Origin: Squalus acanthias
Taxonomy: Eukaryota
DNA: 64,000 nucleotides
Direction: 5' to 3'
Assembly (NCBI GenBank): GCA_030390025.1
Contig: CM059433.1
Coordinates: forward strand, 27,654,001 to 27,718,000
The notes below the pieces were generated by a model. It ran no database searches, had not been told where the DNA came from, and saw nothing but the letters and a program-made list of their open reading frames with translations. How positions within the stretch are numbered: position 1 is the first letter of the stretch; each line of letters starts with the position of its first letter. The translations under genes were made by a program, and so were the position numbers. Below are positions 1 to 12,800 of the stretch, one piece after another.

Positions 1-816
1 GAGTCAATAATTGCCCTTCAGTTTTGAAATGTCTCTTTCTGGACAATTTCAAATTGGACTCTAAGACTTGTGCTTATATGGTAAGATTGTTTTAAAATGT
101 TATAAATACCCAGTGAGAGTGTCTGTAATACAAAAGTTAGCTCACCACTGCTGCCAAAACATGAATCAGATGTGGTGTAAGTGTCTCAAGCAGGTTCCAT
201 TTTTCCATTTTCTAATATATCTGCACAGTGCAATACCAAGCAATTGTAATGCTCATGGTAATTTAAATGATTGGAATACCATGCACTGGCAGGAAATAGA
301 GACTTAGCTCATCGATGTTCACATGCCAAAATCGGACAGTTACATCAGTTTCAAGTATATATGATGGAAAAGTTTAAACTATCAAGGGAATAGGGTTATG
401 ACATCAATTACAGAACACATAAATTCTAAAATCAGCTTTAACTCTTCCAAACAGAATAAAATAGTTTTCAGATAGAGATTATGTCACTTAAAATGTACTG
501 GTTGCATGCACTGTAAATTTTACTTACAGATTTCTTTAGAAATGTGGAGAGTCTGGGTCATCTTTGAAAACAGAAAAAACACTATAGGGCCAATTTGGGG
601 ATATCCAACATTATTGGATTGATGAGCCTGCTATAATGGTGCTTTTATGGTCCAAGTACTGGTCTCAATACCTTTGGATTGAGATGCACAGCTTGAAGAC
701 CCTAGTTATACTACCAGCTTCATAGCACACTCCACCTGGGGGTAAAAGGAGTGCTTTTCTTATATGCAAGCAGGCATGTGCTTTGCTCTATTCATCAGTT
801 ACATTTTAATGCTGGG

Positions 817-1260
817 AAAGAAAGAACTTGTATTTACATAGCACCTTATTAAATCTTTCAGAAATGCACTTCGTGTACAATGAATTTTGAAGTTCAGTCA
901 TCGTTGTCATGTGGGAGAATGTGGCAGGCATTTTGCACAGACCACAAACAGCAGTGAAATGAATGGCCAGTTAATCTATTTTATTTGGTGGTGTTGGTTG
1001 AGGAAGAAATCTTGCCCTGGGTGAGATCTCTGCTCCTAGTCAAATAGTCCATGGGAACTTTACCAGCCATTTGAACCGGCTGATGAGCCCTCGGTTTAAC
1101 GTCTTATCTGAAGGATACCACTTCCAACGATGCAGCACTCGCTGAACACTGCTCTGAAGAGTCAGCCTCGATTATGTGCTCAGCTCATGATGTGGAGCTT
1201 GAACAAAGAGCCTTCCGAGTTAGCGGCTTGAGTGCCACCAATGAACTCAAGTTGACACTA
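817..1260 (-). mobile_element. tRNA-derived SINE with an L2-type tail (related copies at about 23805-23983 minus, 46305-46645 plus, 51110-51420 minus)
   Basis: Shared core tttgtgggagcttgctgtgc.caaa, tail gctatataaatgcaagt(tctt)n and a B-box-like gttcaa head. Confidence 0.7.
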
Positions 1261-1564
1261 GGAGAAGGTTGTTGGGAGTGTAGCCTCTGCTAACATTAAA
1301 ATTTAAGTTTAAAAAGCATTCCCAGGCAATACAATGAACTTCCTGTAAACTTCTTAAACTGGGAGTTGTGCTTGGCTGGAGTTGCACTAATTCCTGTACA
1401 AAGCTCGCGCGTTACAAGACTACCATCTCTTGCTTTTAATGCACTGGGGAGTCAGTTCACTGACCTACCACACTCATTATGCAGTGGTTTTGGTGTCTGA
1501 AGCCACATTGCACCAACACAAGAATGTTAGTATAATGACAACTATGATTTAGCTAACATCTTTA

Positions 1565-1735
1565 AGGTTCCTTCCTCCCCCTTTCCCTGCCTCTTTACTT
1601 ACTTAAAATCTGTTACATCTGTAACTTTTTCCAGTTCTGACGATAGGTCATCGACCTGAAACGTTAACTCTGTTTCTCTCTCCACAGATGCTGCCTGACC
1701 TGCTGAGTATTCCCAGCATTTTCTGTTATTATTTA
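1565..1735 (+). mobile_element. Penelope-like retroelement terminal-repeat fragment
   Basis: acctgaaacgttaactctgtttctctctccacagatgctgcctgacctgctgag...cagcattttctg; related pieces at 25895-26095, 26630-26850, 34430-34540 and 38415-38555. Confidence 0.7.
1633..1669 (+). ncRNA. Minimal hammerhead ribozyme motif
   Basis: AGTT-CTGACGA-T-AGGTC-atc-GACCT-GAA-ACGT-T-AACT: core boxes, helix II, palindromic ACGU in place of helix III, and helix I AGUU/AACU. Confidence 0.6.
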
Positions 1736-3407
1736 ACATTTTTAAGGTGTTTAAAATGAACATTTACTGACTTGGTAAAGTTATTTTTTGAGGATCGAGC
1801 TTCAATGATTTCTCGTAAATGAAACCGCAAAAGAGGCAGGAAGCAGAAATTAAAATTGAAGATATCAATAGAACTCCCAAAGTGCTCTGCATTTCTTTCA
1901 TGCAGCTGTCAAGAGTTATTTGAAGCTGTGACTAATCTAGTAAAACACCATTACCAGAACAGGAAAAGTCCCTCTATATCCAAGGTCCTCTTCTTTGATC
2001 CCCTTGTATCTGAATAACATGGTAGTGGCCAATTAGCTATACTCTACCGAAAATCACTGATATAGGAACTGTTCAACCAAAAACCTCATGTGCTAAAAAA
2101 TAGTAGCCTGGCTTGCAATGAAGTAAAAATGTGTAAGGAATCTGCTAAGGAACAGTATACATGATTAAACATTGGCGGCTTCTTGGTTGACAGCCCAGAA
2201 TATATATCCTTAACACAAACATTTATGGGCATAAAAAGCATTGTAGGCATACGCCAAATGGATATACGTGCTTGTTGATACATAACAGATGCAGACAGCT
2301 CCCAGAAGTGCAGCAATATAGCTACAACATTAAACATGCCAACATCCACAGTCAGCCATTTTAGAACATAAGAAAGCCTGAATAGAGAATAAAAGCCTTC
2401 TTTCACCCAGCTGTGTACAATTGACCCAATTCCACTATGGACGTTAATGAATACAAATTGATGCATCAAGACCTGTGCAGCTTAGTTCAAAAATATTGAG
2501 ACAAGGGTGAGACTTTGCCAGGTGCGTAATGGGTGTCCTGATTCAAGAAAAGGTGGTCACTGCTGTTGTACAGTCTCAAAGTAGACAGGCTGCTAGTCTT
2601 TATCCACGAAAAGCAACATAGAATAGTCTGTGCTTTTTGGATGTTAAAAACTCAACTGACTAGTGAACAAACTGCTGTACAGGTTAGTTCTGAATCATGC
2701 AGAGAAGTTGCAAGTGTGTGTCAGCTGAACTGTTATAGATGTTTATGTGGTATGCTGATTAAAAGGGAAGTTATGCAACAGCTGCTCGTCATGCAGGGCA
2801 TGTACATTGTTTATCTGTGAGTGTGTTCCAGCCTATGAAAGCTGCAAGTTTGGTGGAACAAATGGCGGAGTTGAGCAAGGATTGGCATGGTGTACAGCAG
2901 TGCACCACATAGATTTGATTAACTCAACCACATTTTGAGTTAGAGTGAAGAGCATCATAGATTTAGAGAGAGGAATATTCGTAATGGCAATTTACGTGAG
3001 GTCAACAAACAGAGCGTGGAAGTGCATCAGCGACACAGAGGAAGGAATCAACATGCATAGACGAGAGAGGAACTATTTCAAGAACAGCATGAGGCTCAAT
3101 AAGGAAGACGTGTATGTCAAGTGCTAGGCAGACTTTGCATTGTTCAGCAAGTGATATTTAAGGAGGCAAGGCATCAAAGAACTTGATCTGTAGGAAATTC
3201 CATGTCTTCCAAAGTTTGCATGGCATGTGTTCCCTAGGATGAATGGACCTTGTCATTTTTGTCATACATAATATAAAAAGTATGAGAAGGTTGCTGGCAG
3301 TATTGTTGATGAGCAGTTTGGCATTTGCTCCAGTAAAGGAAATGTGGTTATGCCTACTGTTGCATCTCCATCAGTACCTCTTGATCATTTGTGGAGTAAT
3401 TCTAATT

Positions 3408-6400
3408 ACATAGAATATACAGCACAGTAACAGGTCATTCAGCCCAACCAGTCCATACCGATGTTTATGCTCCACTCGAGCCTCCTCCAGTCTTTCCTCA
3501 TCTAACTCTAGCAGCATAACTTTCTATTCCCTTCTTCCTCATATGCTTGTCTAGCCTTCCCTTAAATGCATCTATACTATTCGCTTCAACCATTCCCTGT
3601 GGTAGCGAGTTCCACATTCTCACCACTCTCTGGGTAAAGAAGTTCCTTCTGAATTCCCTATTTGATTTCTTAGTGACAATCTTATATTGATGGCCTCTAG
3701 TTTTGCTCTTCCCCACAAGTGGAAACACTCTATGTATCTACTCTATCAAAACCTTTCATAATTTTAAAGACCTCTATTAGGTCACCCCTCAGCCTTCTCT
3801 TTCAAGAGAAAAGAGACCCAGCCTGTTCATCCATCCTGATAGGTATAACCTCACATTTCTGGTACCATCTTTGTAAATCTTTTTTGCAGCCTCTCCAATG
3901 CCTCTGTATCCTTTTTATAATATGGCGACCAGAATTGTACGCAGTACTCTAAGTGTGGTCTAACCAAGGTTCAATACAAGTTTAGCATAACTTCACCACT
4001 TTTCAATTCTATCCCTCTAGAAATAAACCCTAGTGCTTGGTTTGCTTTTTTATGGCCTTATTAACCTGTGTCGCTACTAAAAGTGGTTTGTTTATTTGTA
4101 CTCTGAGATCCCTTTGTTCCTCTACCCCATTTAGATTCTTATTTTCCAAGTAATATGTGACCTCCTTATTTTTCTTACCAAAATGTAATACCTCATACTT
4201 ATCTGTGTTGAAATTCATTTGCCAATTATGTGCCCATTCTGCAAGTTTATTAATGTCTTTTTGTAATTTGTTGCAGTCCTCCTCAGTATTGACTATCCCA
4301 GTGTCATTTAGTGTCATCCGCAAATTTAGAAATTGGGTTTGATTCCAAAGTCTAACTCATTAATATAAGTTGTGAACAACAGTGGTCCCAGTACTGATCC
4401 TTGTGGGACTCCACTTTCCACCTTCTGCCACTCTGAATAGCTATCCTTTAACCCTACTCTCTGCTTTCTGTCTTGAAGCCAGTTAGCTATCCATGCTGGC
4501 ACTTGTCCCGACTCCGCATTCTCTGACCTTATTCATTAATCTATTATGTGGCACCTTTTCGAAGACCTTTTGGAAATCTAGATAAATTACATCTACAGCA
4601 TTACCCTTGTCTACTCTCTCTGTTACCTCTTCAAAGAATTTAATGAGGTTGCTCAAGCAAGACTTTCCCTTTTGAAATCTATGCTGACTATTCATTATTG
4701 TATTTTGGTTTCTAGATGTTTTTCTATTTCCTCCTTTAATAGGGATTCTATTATTTTTCTTAACACCGATGTTAAGCTGACTGGTCTATAGTTCCATGGA
4801 CATGTTCTATCTCCCTTCTTAAATATAGGTATTACATTAGCTATCCGCCAGTCCTCTGGCACTACACTTTTTTCTAATGAATTATTACATATGTGTAATA
4901 GTGCCTCTGCTATCTCTTCCCTAGACTCTTTTAAAATGAGCAGATGTAATCCATCTGGGCCAAGGGTTTTATCCTCTGAGTTTGATTAGTTTATTTATTA
5001 TTTCTCCTCTTTTTATTTTAAATGTGGTTATATCATTTCTAATTACATCTTCTGATGTCATGTCCACCTGATCTGTCTCCCTGATAAATACTGAAGCAAA
5101 GTAATTATTTAATATTTCTGCCATTTCACTATCGCTGCCTGTGATTTTATCCTGTCCATCCCTTAGTCACCCTATTCCCATCGTGACTCCTTTTTTTATT
5201 TATGTGCCTGTAGAATATTTTACTATTTTGTTTTATGTTCCTTGATAATTTTATGTCATAGTTCCTCTTTGTCTTCCTAATTGGTTTTTTGACTTCTCTC
5301 CTAAGCTCTTCATATTCTCTCTGGTTATGCTCTCCTGTGCTGAGTGTATGCCTCTTTTCTTACCCTCAATTTTTCCCTTATGTCTTTATTCATTGGCGTT
5401 TAATTTTTTAGCAGAATATATTTTCCTGGACTCTGTTGAACATCATTTTAAATGTTTTGCATTGCTACATCATCGTTCACCAATATTGTTTTCCATTTTA
5501 TTTTCCCCAAGTTCTATTCTCAGTCCCTCAAATTCGGCTTTTCTCCAATCTATTACCCTGGCCTTCGTCATACTTATATCCTTCTCAGTTATTATCTTAA
5601 AGTGTATTGTATTATGATCACTCTTGCCTAGATGTTCCCCAACTTTTCTTATCTCCTCTGGTTCATTCCCCATTACTAGATCTAGTAGCGAATCCTCCCT
5701 TGTCAGGCTTCTTACATATTGGGTTAGAAAGGAATCCTGCACACATTGTAGTAACTCCATTCCTTTATCTCCTTTACCTACCTATTCTGGCCAATTAATT
5801 TTGGGATAGTTGAAATCCCCCATGATCATTATTCCATGGTTTTTTTACTCATTTCTCTAATTTGTTTACATATTTCTTCCTCCACCTTCCTTCCACTATT
5901 AGGTGGTCTGTAGACTATCCCTATTCACTATCCACATGGATTATATTTCTGTCTTACTGATAGCTGCTTCATTTTTTTCTTCTGCCATTATGTTATCTCT
6001 AATAAGTGCAGCTACTCCACCTCCCCTTTTTCCTGCTCTATCTTTTCTAAATATGTTATACCCTGCAATGTTTAATTCCCAGTCCTGATTTTTCTGTTGC
6101 CATGTCTCAGTAATCCCTACTACATCTGGTTTCTCACAATGTATTATTGCCTCCAGTTCCCCTGTTTTATTATGGACACTATGGGGGAAAAATTCAGTTG
6201 GATTGCGCCTCCCGTTAGCACCTTAAGAGGGCGCTAATGGGGCGCAAAGCAACGAGCGCCCGTGCGCGGCGATCTTTGCGCCACTCACGAAATTAACTAG
6301 ACATTTTGCGGCAGCGCTAAACACTACCGCCACGGTCTCCTGCGCCGGCCGATCGTGATGTCAGTTGAGAGTGCAATGCCCCGGTAGCGCCCCAGACCAG

Positions 6401-7590
6401 ATATTGAGTGACGTCCCCTGTCTTACCGCCTGCTGCTAGCAATGACAGGTTGAGGGGAGCATTTTGCAGTCAGGAAGGGACTGGGGGAGCGCTATTTAAA
6501 GGCGACCACTTCCTGCCTTTTTTTGTCGGCGAAATTTTTGCACCACGCATTCTGAGTGAGAGAGAGAGACTGCAGGAGATATTCAAAGCTGTGTTGAGGA
6601 GTTTTGGGTACTGAGCAGCACTTTGCAGGTTCTTTCTGGTTTGATCTTCTTTGCATCGATTTAGAAGAGACTTTGGGGGCTGCACTCTGAGCTCTTTCCC
6701 TGGGTCTCTCCATTGTTCTTTCCAACAGATTTGATGTACAGGTCTCTCGAGGCCGAGATTCAAGGCTGCAATGAGCAGGGTGTGGATGTAGAGCAAGATC
6801 GACCCTCCCCTTTAAGAACTGGCCAGCGCCAGTGAGTCTGTGTTCCATTGCTGACTGACATCACATGTGCTTCGCCAGCGCTCTGAGGTAGCACCTCGCT
6901 CCTCAGCCTTTGCGCCTTAAGACAGATGTGTAGCGCCTGATTTAGCGCTCCAATCACCTCCGGGGGCGATAAAAGTCAAGTTTGCAGTCGGAGGCGATAA
7001 TTAGCGCCAGGCGCTAAACTTTGCGCACGGCCGATAATGGCGCCCCAAACAGGGTGATACTGCATTTTTCCCCCTATGTGCATTGCTGTAAAGGCAGCTT
7101 ACCTAATTTTTAATAGCAGTTCCTCTCACTTTATTTTTAAACTTCTTTTTACACTCCTGTTCTATAACTCTATTTATTACCTGACCATTTATGTCCTCCC
7201 TTAGTTTGGTCTGTCCTATGCTCTCCTTTCTTGTTTCATTTATATTTAGGTTTGTTTCATTTCTTGTAGATCCCTCCCCCTCGTATTACTAGTTTAAAGC
7301 CTTTGCCACCTCCCTATTTACCCTTTCTGCTGAGACACTGGTCCCATCGGTACAGCTCCTTCCTGTCCCAGTACTGGTGCCAGTGTCCCATGAAAAGGAA
7401 CCCGTCTTTCCCACACCACCCCTTTAGCCACGTGTTAATTCTCCTGATCTGCCTGTTTTTATGTCAATTTGCACGTGGCTTGGGCAATAATCCCAAGATT
7501 ATTACCATTGAGGTCCTGCTTTTTAATTTAGCTCCTAACTCCTGATACTCCCTCAGAAGGGCCTCCACCCTGTTCCTACCTATGTCGTTT
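3408..7590 (-). mobile_element. Degraded CR1 LINE (ORF1 esterase remnant about 7290-7590, ORF2, tail)
   Basis: Peptides YLDFQKVFEKVPH, LDLVMGNE, WNSLPQ and GLLPKPRAN; interrupted at 6183-7074. Confidence 0.88.
6183..7074. mobile_element. Non-autonomous PIF/Harbinger-like DNA transposon, family A, copy 1 (inserted in a CR1)
   Basis: GGGGGAAAAA...TTTTTCCCCC termini, 3-bp TSD TAT; co-linear with 8762-9654. Confidence 0.8.
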
Positions 7591-8029
7591 GCATCTGATG
7601 CTACAGCGGTACAAAGTTTCAAAGCGTAGTTCTGCTGGCCTGTTAGAAGCAGCACCTGGGAGATTCGTGTCCCATTCCAAGACACATGGCAACCTTAAAC
7701 ACAGCACACAGTGGCTGGATTAAACCGTATGCTTGGCACCACTGTATTAGAATCTGTTATTAAAGATAGAGTGACTGAGTACTTGAATAAACATGAGCTG
7801 ATCAGAGACAGAATGGCTTTGTTAAGAGTAAGTCATCTCTGACTGATCTAGTTGTATTTTTGGAGGAGGTCACTAACTTAGAAATTGACATCTTTTGCTG
7901 CCGACTTTATCATTATGCCTTACATAGTCAAATAGACCTAGTTTAAACCTAAAAACAACTGCTGATGCATTAAGAGAGAACAAAGACAATTGTAACTTGC
8001 ATAATCACATCAGGAGGTCATCATTAGAT

Positions 8030-8412
8030 AAGGAATACTTGCTTTCAAATCCCTCCATGGCCTCACCCCTCTCTAGCTCTGTAACCTCCTCCAGCACTAA
8101 AATCCTCAGAGATCTCTGTGCTCCTCCAATTCAAGCCTCTTGTGCATCTCCAATTTTAATCGCTCCTCTATTGGTGGCCGTGCCTTCAGCTGCCTGGGCC
8201 CTAAACTCTGGAATTCCCTCCCTAAACCTCTCTGCCTCGCTACCTCTCTCTCCTTTAAGACGCTCCTTAAAGCCTACCACTTTGTCCAAGTGGTCATCTG
8301 TCCTAATATCTCCTTATGTGGCTTGGTGTCAAATTTTTGTCTGATAATCGCTCCTGTAAAGCACCTTGGGACGTTTTACTATGTTAAAGGTGCTATATAA
8401 ATGCAAGTTGAT
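8030..8412 (+). mobile_element. L2-type LINE 3' end
   Basis: GGRAFSCLGPKLWNSLP and the tail gttaaaggtgctatataaatgcaagttg. Confidence 0.8.
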
Positions 8413-8677
8413 ATATAAATACAAAGACAGATTTGAAAAATTAGGGCTTTTTTTTATTACGGCAGAAAGATTACAGAATGACTTGATAGAGATGTTTAAA
8501 ATGATATACGCAATAGAAAGAAATCGACTGTTTTCAGTGGTTGAGGGGTTTAGAACAAGGGGACATAGATCTAAGATTAAATGCAAGATATTTAACATAT
8601 AGAGCAGGAGAAACTTCTATACATAGGGGGCTTTGAAGCTGTGAAATTATTACCAGAGTTAGTGATTGAAGCAGGAC

Positions 8678-9814
8678 AATGGCGGATCGCCACCTAAAAC
8701 GGGCATAATCCACTCATCCGTCTGTGGACAAATTTCCAGCACCTTCCCTTTAAGGCACCTTGGGGTAAAAATTCAGTTGGTTGCGCCTCCCGTTAGCGCC
8801 TTAAGAGGGCGCTAATGGGGCGCAAAGCCGCTAACGCCCAGGCGCAGCGATGTTTGCGCCGCTCGAGAACTTAACTTGAGATTGTGCGGCGGCGCTAAAA
8901 CTTACCGCTGCGACCACCTGCGCGCGCAGATTGTGACGTCATTCCATGGTGCAACGCCCTTGTGGCGCCCCGGAGCGGAAATTGAGTGGCGCCCCCTGCC
9001 TTACCGCCTGGCGCATCCAACGACCAGAAGACTGGAACGCTATCAATCGCTGTGGGGCTGGGGGGGGCGCTATTTAAAGGGGGCCTCTTCCTGTCTTTTA
9101 TTGTTGGTGGCATTTTTGAACTACGCATTCTGAGAGAGAGAGGGAGAGACTTCTGGAGAGATTCAACGTTGTGTGAAGGAGTTTTGGGTACTGAGCAGCA
9201 CTTTGCAGGTTCATTTTGATTTGCCATTCCTTGTATCGATTTAGCAGAGACTGTGGGAGCTGCACTCTGAGCTCTTTGCCTGGTACTCTCCATTGTTCTT
9301 TCCAGCACATTTGATGTGCAAGTCTCTCCAGGCCGAGATTCAAGGCTGCAATGAACAGGATGTGGATGGAAAGCAAGATTAACCATCCCCTTTAAGAACT
9401 GGCCCGTGCCATTGTGTGTGTGTTCCATTGCTGACTGACATTACATGAGCTTCGCCAGCGCTCTGAGTTAGCGCCTCACTCCTTGGCCTTTGCGCCTTAA
9501 GACAGGTGTGCAGCGCCTGCTTTAGCGCTCCACTCACCTCCCGGGGCGGTAAAAGTGAAGTTTCCAGTCAGTGCCGATAATTAGCGCCAGGCGCTAATAT
9601 TTGCGTCCAGACGATATTTGCGCCCCAAATGGGGCGCGACCTAATTGCTACCCCCTTACCTTTAAGGCAGGAGGGGGCGGGGCCTCAGGTTTTACCCAGA
9701 GAATTCTGTGAGTTTTTCAGTTCAGCCATTTTTTGTGCCATGCTGTGATTAAAAAGTCTCTTGTTTAACACACATGGATTCAGCCTTAATTTGTGTTTCG
9801 CGGCAGCCTCAACA
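8678..9814 (+). repeat. 5' LTR, split by a Harbinger-type insertion at 8762-9654
   Basis: 8678-8761 plus 9658-9814 align to the 3' LTR with about 11 differences counted by hand; ends in CA. Confidence 0.92.
8762..9654. mobile_element. Non-autonomous PIF/Harbinger-like DNA transposon, family A, copy 2 (inserted in the 5' LTR)
   Basis: GGGGTA...TACCCC termini, 3-bp TSD CTT; absent from the 3' LTR. Confidence 0.82.
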
Positions 9815-9815
9815 T

Positions 9816-9828
9816 TGGTGACCCCGAC
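9816..9828 (+). promoter_or_regulatory. Primer binding site complementary to the tRNA-Trp 3' end
   Basis: TGGTGACCCCGAC lies 1 nt after the 5' LTR and is the reverse complement of GTCGGGGTCACCA. Confidence 0.85.
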
Positions 9829-9854
9829 ACTCAGAACGTATTCTGAGCACTGCA

Positions 9855-12800
9855 ATGGCAGACACGAACGCAGTTTCCGTGAAACTGCCGGAGTTTTGGG
9901 AAAACCAGCCCGAAGCCTGGTTTCTCCAAGCTGAATCGCGCTTCCGGCTGCAACGCATCACCACAGATGGGACGAAGTACGACTATCTCGTCACATCACT
10001 CGGTAGCGCGCAGTTTCGAAGGTTTGGACAACGCTGCAGAACCCACCAGAGGAAGGCAAGTACGCACATCTCAAGGCAGCCCTCCTTAAAAAATTTACGG
10101 CCTCGGCTTATCAGCGAAACTGCCACCTCCTCGACCTTCCAGGCCTCGGTGATGCCTCACCATCAGACCTCCTCTCCCACATGCTCTCCCTCACCGACGA
10201 GAGCCCACCCGGATCCCTCTTCCGCACACTGTTCATCCGCCAGCTCCCTCTCAGCATCCGCCCAGCGATCGTGGCGTCCAGCCTCACAAACCTGGAAGCC
10301 CTGGCCGATGAGGCCGACAAGCTGCTGTCTGCTCACTCCAGCCGCGACGTCACTCCGGACCTGGCAGCCAATGCCTGGGCGCGCCCCTCGCCGGCCAGCA
10401 CGCGGCCACAAGGGCCTGTCACCAGGCCCACGGGGCCTCCACGCCCCACTAACCCGGGCCACTGTTACTACCACGCACGGTTCGGTGCCAGGGCACAACG
10501 GTGCACACCTCCCTGCTCTTTCAAGTCCGTCCCCGTTCCAGCCCCCGCGATGGCCGTGGGCCACGCGGGCTCCCTGCTGTTCGTCACGGATGACAAAACC
10601 GGCTGCCAGTTCCTGTGCGACACTGGGGCTCAGCACAGCATCATCCCGGCCTCCTCCCTCGACATCCAAAAGGGCGAATGAGGACCGGCGCTGGCTGCTG
10701 CTAATGGCTCGGAAATATGGCACCCGGACAGTCACCCTCGACCTCGCTGGTCACCGCTACCGATGGGAGTTCATCACTGCCAAGGTGCTCTCCCCCCTCA
10801 TCGGCGCAGATTTCCTGTGCACCCACGGCCTACTGGTAGACATCCCTCGTCACCGCCACGTGGACATGAACACCATGTCCCCCATCCTGGGCGCCATGGC
10901 CCCCCGTCAATCCACCGACATGGCGTCACAGTGCCACGCCCGGGCCACGGATGACTACTCGGCACTCCTGGCCGAATTCCCGGCCCTTACCAATCCGACC
11001 TTCTCCGCGGAGGCCGCCAAACACGGGGTGGAACACTTCATCCCCACCACAGGCCCCCCAGTGTACGCCCACACCCGCAGGCTGGACCCGGCCAAACTGG
11101 AGATCGCGCGGACCGAGTTTGCCACCATGGAACAGCTCGGCATCATCCGCCGCTCCAACAGTCCCTGGGCCTCCCCACTCCACATCGCCCCCAAACCAGG
11201 CGGAGGTTGGCGCCCCTGCAGGGATTACCGCCGCCTCAATGACGCCACCACCCCTGATCGGTACCCCGTGCCGCACATTCAGGACTTCTCGGCTAGACTG
11301 GCCGGCTGCTCAGTCTTTTCCAAGGTCGACCTGGTGCGCGGCTACCACCAAGTCCCCGTCCACCCCGCGGACGTCCCCAAGACGGCCGTAATCACCCCCT
11401 TCGGCCTGTTCGAGTTCCTGCGGATGCCCTTCGGCCTCAAAAACGCGGCCCAGGCATTCCAACGGCTCATGGACTCGGTCCTTCGGGACCTGAAGTTCCT
11501 GTTCGTCTACCTGGACGACATCCTGGTAGCCAGTTCCTCCAAGCAGGAACACCTCGAACACCTTCGCATCCTGTTCGGGCGCCTCAGCGACCACGGGCTC
11601 ATCCTCAGCCCAGCCAAATGCCAGTTCGGCCTGGACAAGATCGACTTCCTCGGCCACCACATCACCCATGCTGGGGCCATTCCCCTGCCCACCAAGGTGC
11701 AGGCCGTCCAACAATTTCCCCGCCCCACCACCATCAAAGGCCTCCAGGAGTTCCTCGGGATGGTGAATTTCTATAACCGCTTCATCCCCAAAGCGGCGTC
11801 CCTCATGAGGCCCCTGTATGAAGCCCTCCGGGGCAGGAGCGGCAAGATGGCGGTCGAATGGACGGCAGACGCGTCCGCCGCCTTCGATTCCACCAAGACC
11901 GCGCTTGCCAACGCCACCCTGCTCGCGCACCCACGGCCCAATGCCAGGGTAGCGCTCACCACGGACGCCTCCGACCACGCGGTCGGCGCCGTGTATGAGC
12001 AGTGGGTCGACGGCGCCTGGCAACCACTTGCCTTCTTCAGCCACCAACTACGCCCCCCGGAGGTCAAGTACAGCACCTTCGACCGCGAGCTCCTCGCGCT
12101 GTTCTTGGCGGTCTGCCATTTCCGGTTTTTGCTTGAGGGCCACCCCTTCACTGCGTTTGTCGACCACAAGCCCCTGACATTCGCAATGGCAAAGACAACC
12201 GACCTCTGGTCCGCCAGGCAGCAGCGCCAGCTCGCGGCAGTGTCCGAGTTCACCACGGACATCCAACACGTCTCCGGCCGAGACAATGTAGTAGCCGACT
12301 GCCTCTCCCGCCCCGCCATCCACGCCGCACACCTAGCAGTCGACTACGCTCAACTCGCAGCAGACCAGATCACCGACCCTGATCTGCTATCCGCACCCAC
12401 CAACCTACCAGGGCTACGCCTGGCCGACGTCGCCTGTGGCCCGACCGCAGTCACGGTCAAGTGCGACATATCCCTATGTCAACCCCGGCCCGTCGTCCCA
12501 GCGTCCTGGCGCCGCCGGGTATTCGACATTCTCCGCAACCTCTCCCACCCCGGCGCCCGCGCATCCATCAAATTGGTAGCCAACCGTTTCGTCTGGCGCG
12601 GCCTTCGCAAGGATGTGCGTACTTGGGCCAACTCCTGCCTAGCCTGCCAACGGGCCAAGGTACAGCAACACACGAAAGCACCCCTCGAGGAGTTTACCGT
12701 CCCCTCGCGGAGATTCAACCACATCCACGTGGACATCGTCGGGCCCCTGCCGCCGTCGCAAGGCCACACGCACTTGCTGACCATCGTTGACCGCACCACA

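Noticed and set aside
8895..9428. 177-aa ORF (and the 118-aa counterpart at 6492-6848) as a novel gene
   Set aside because: Lies inside a non-autonomous transposon, frame and length are not preserved between copies, and no domain is recognisable.
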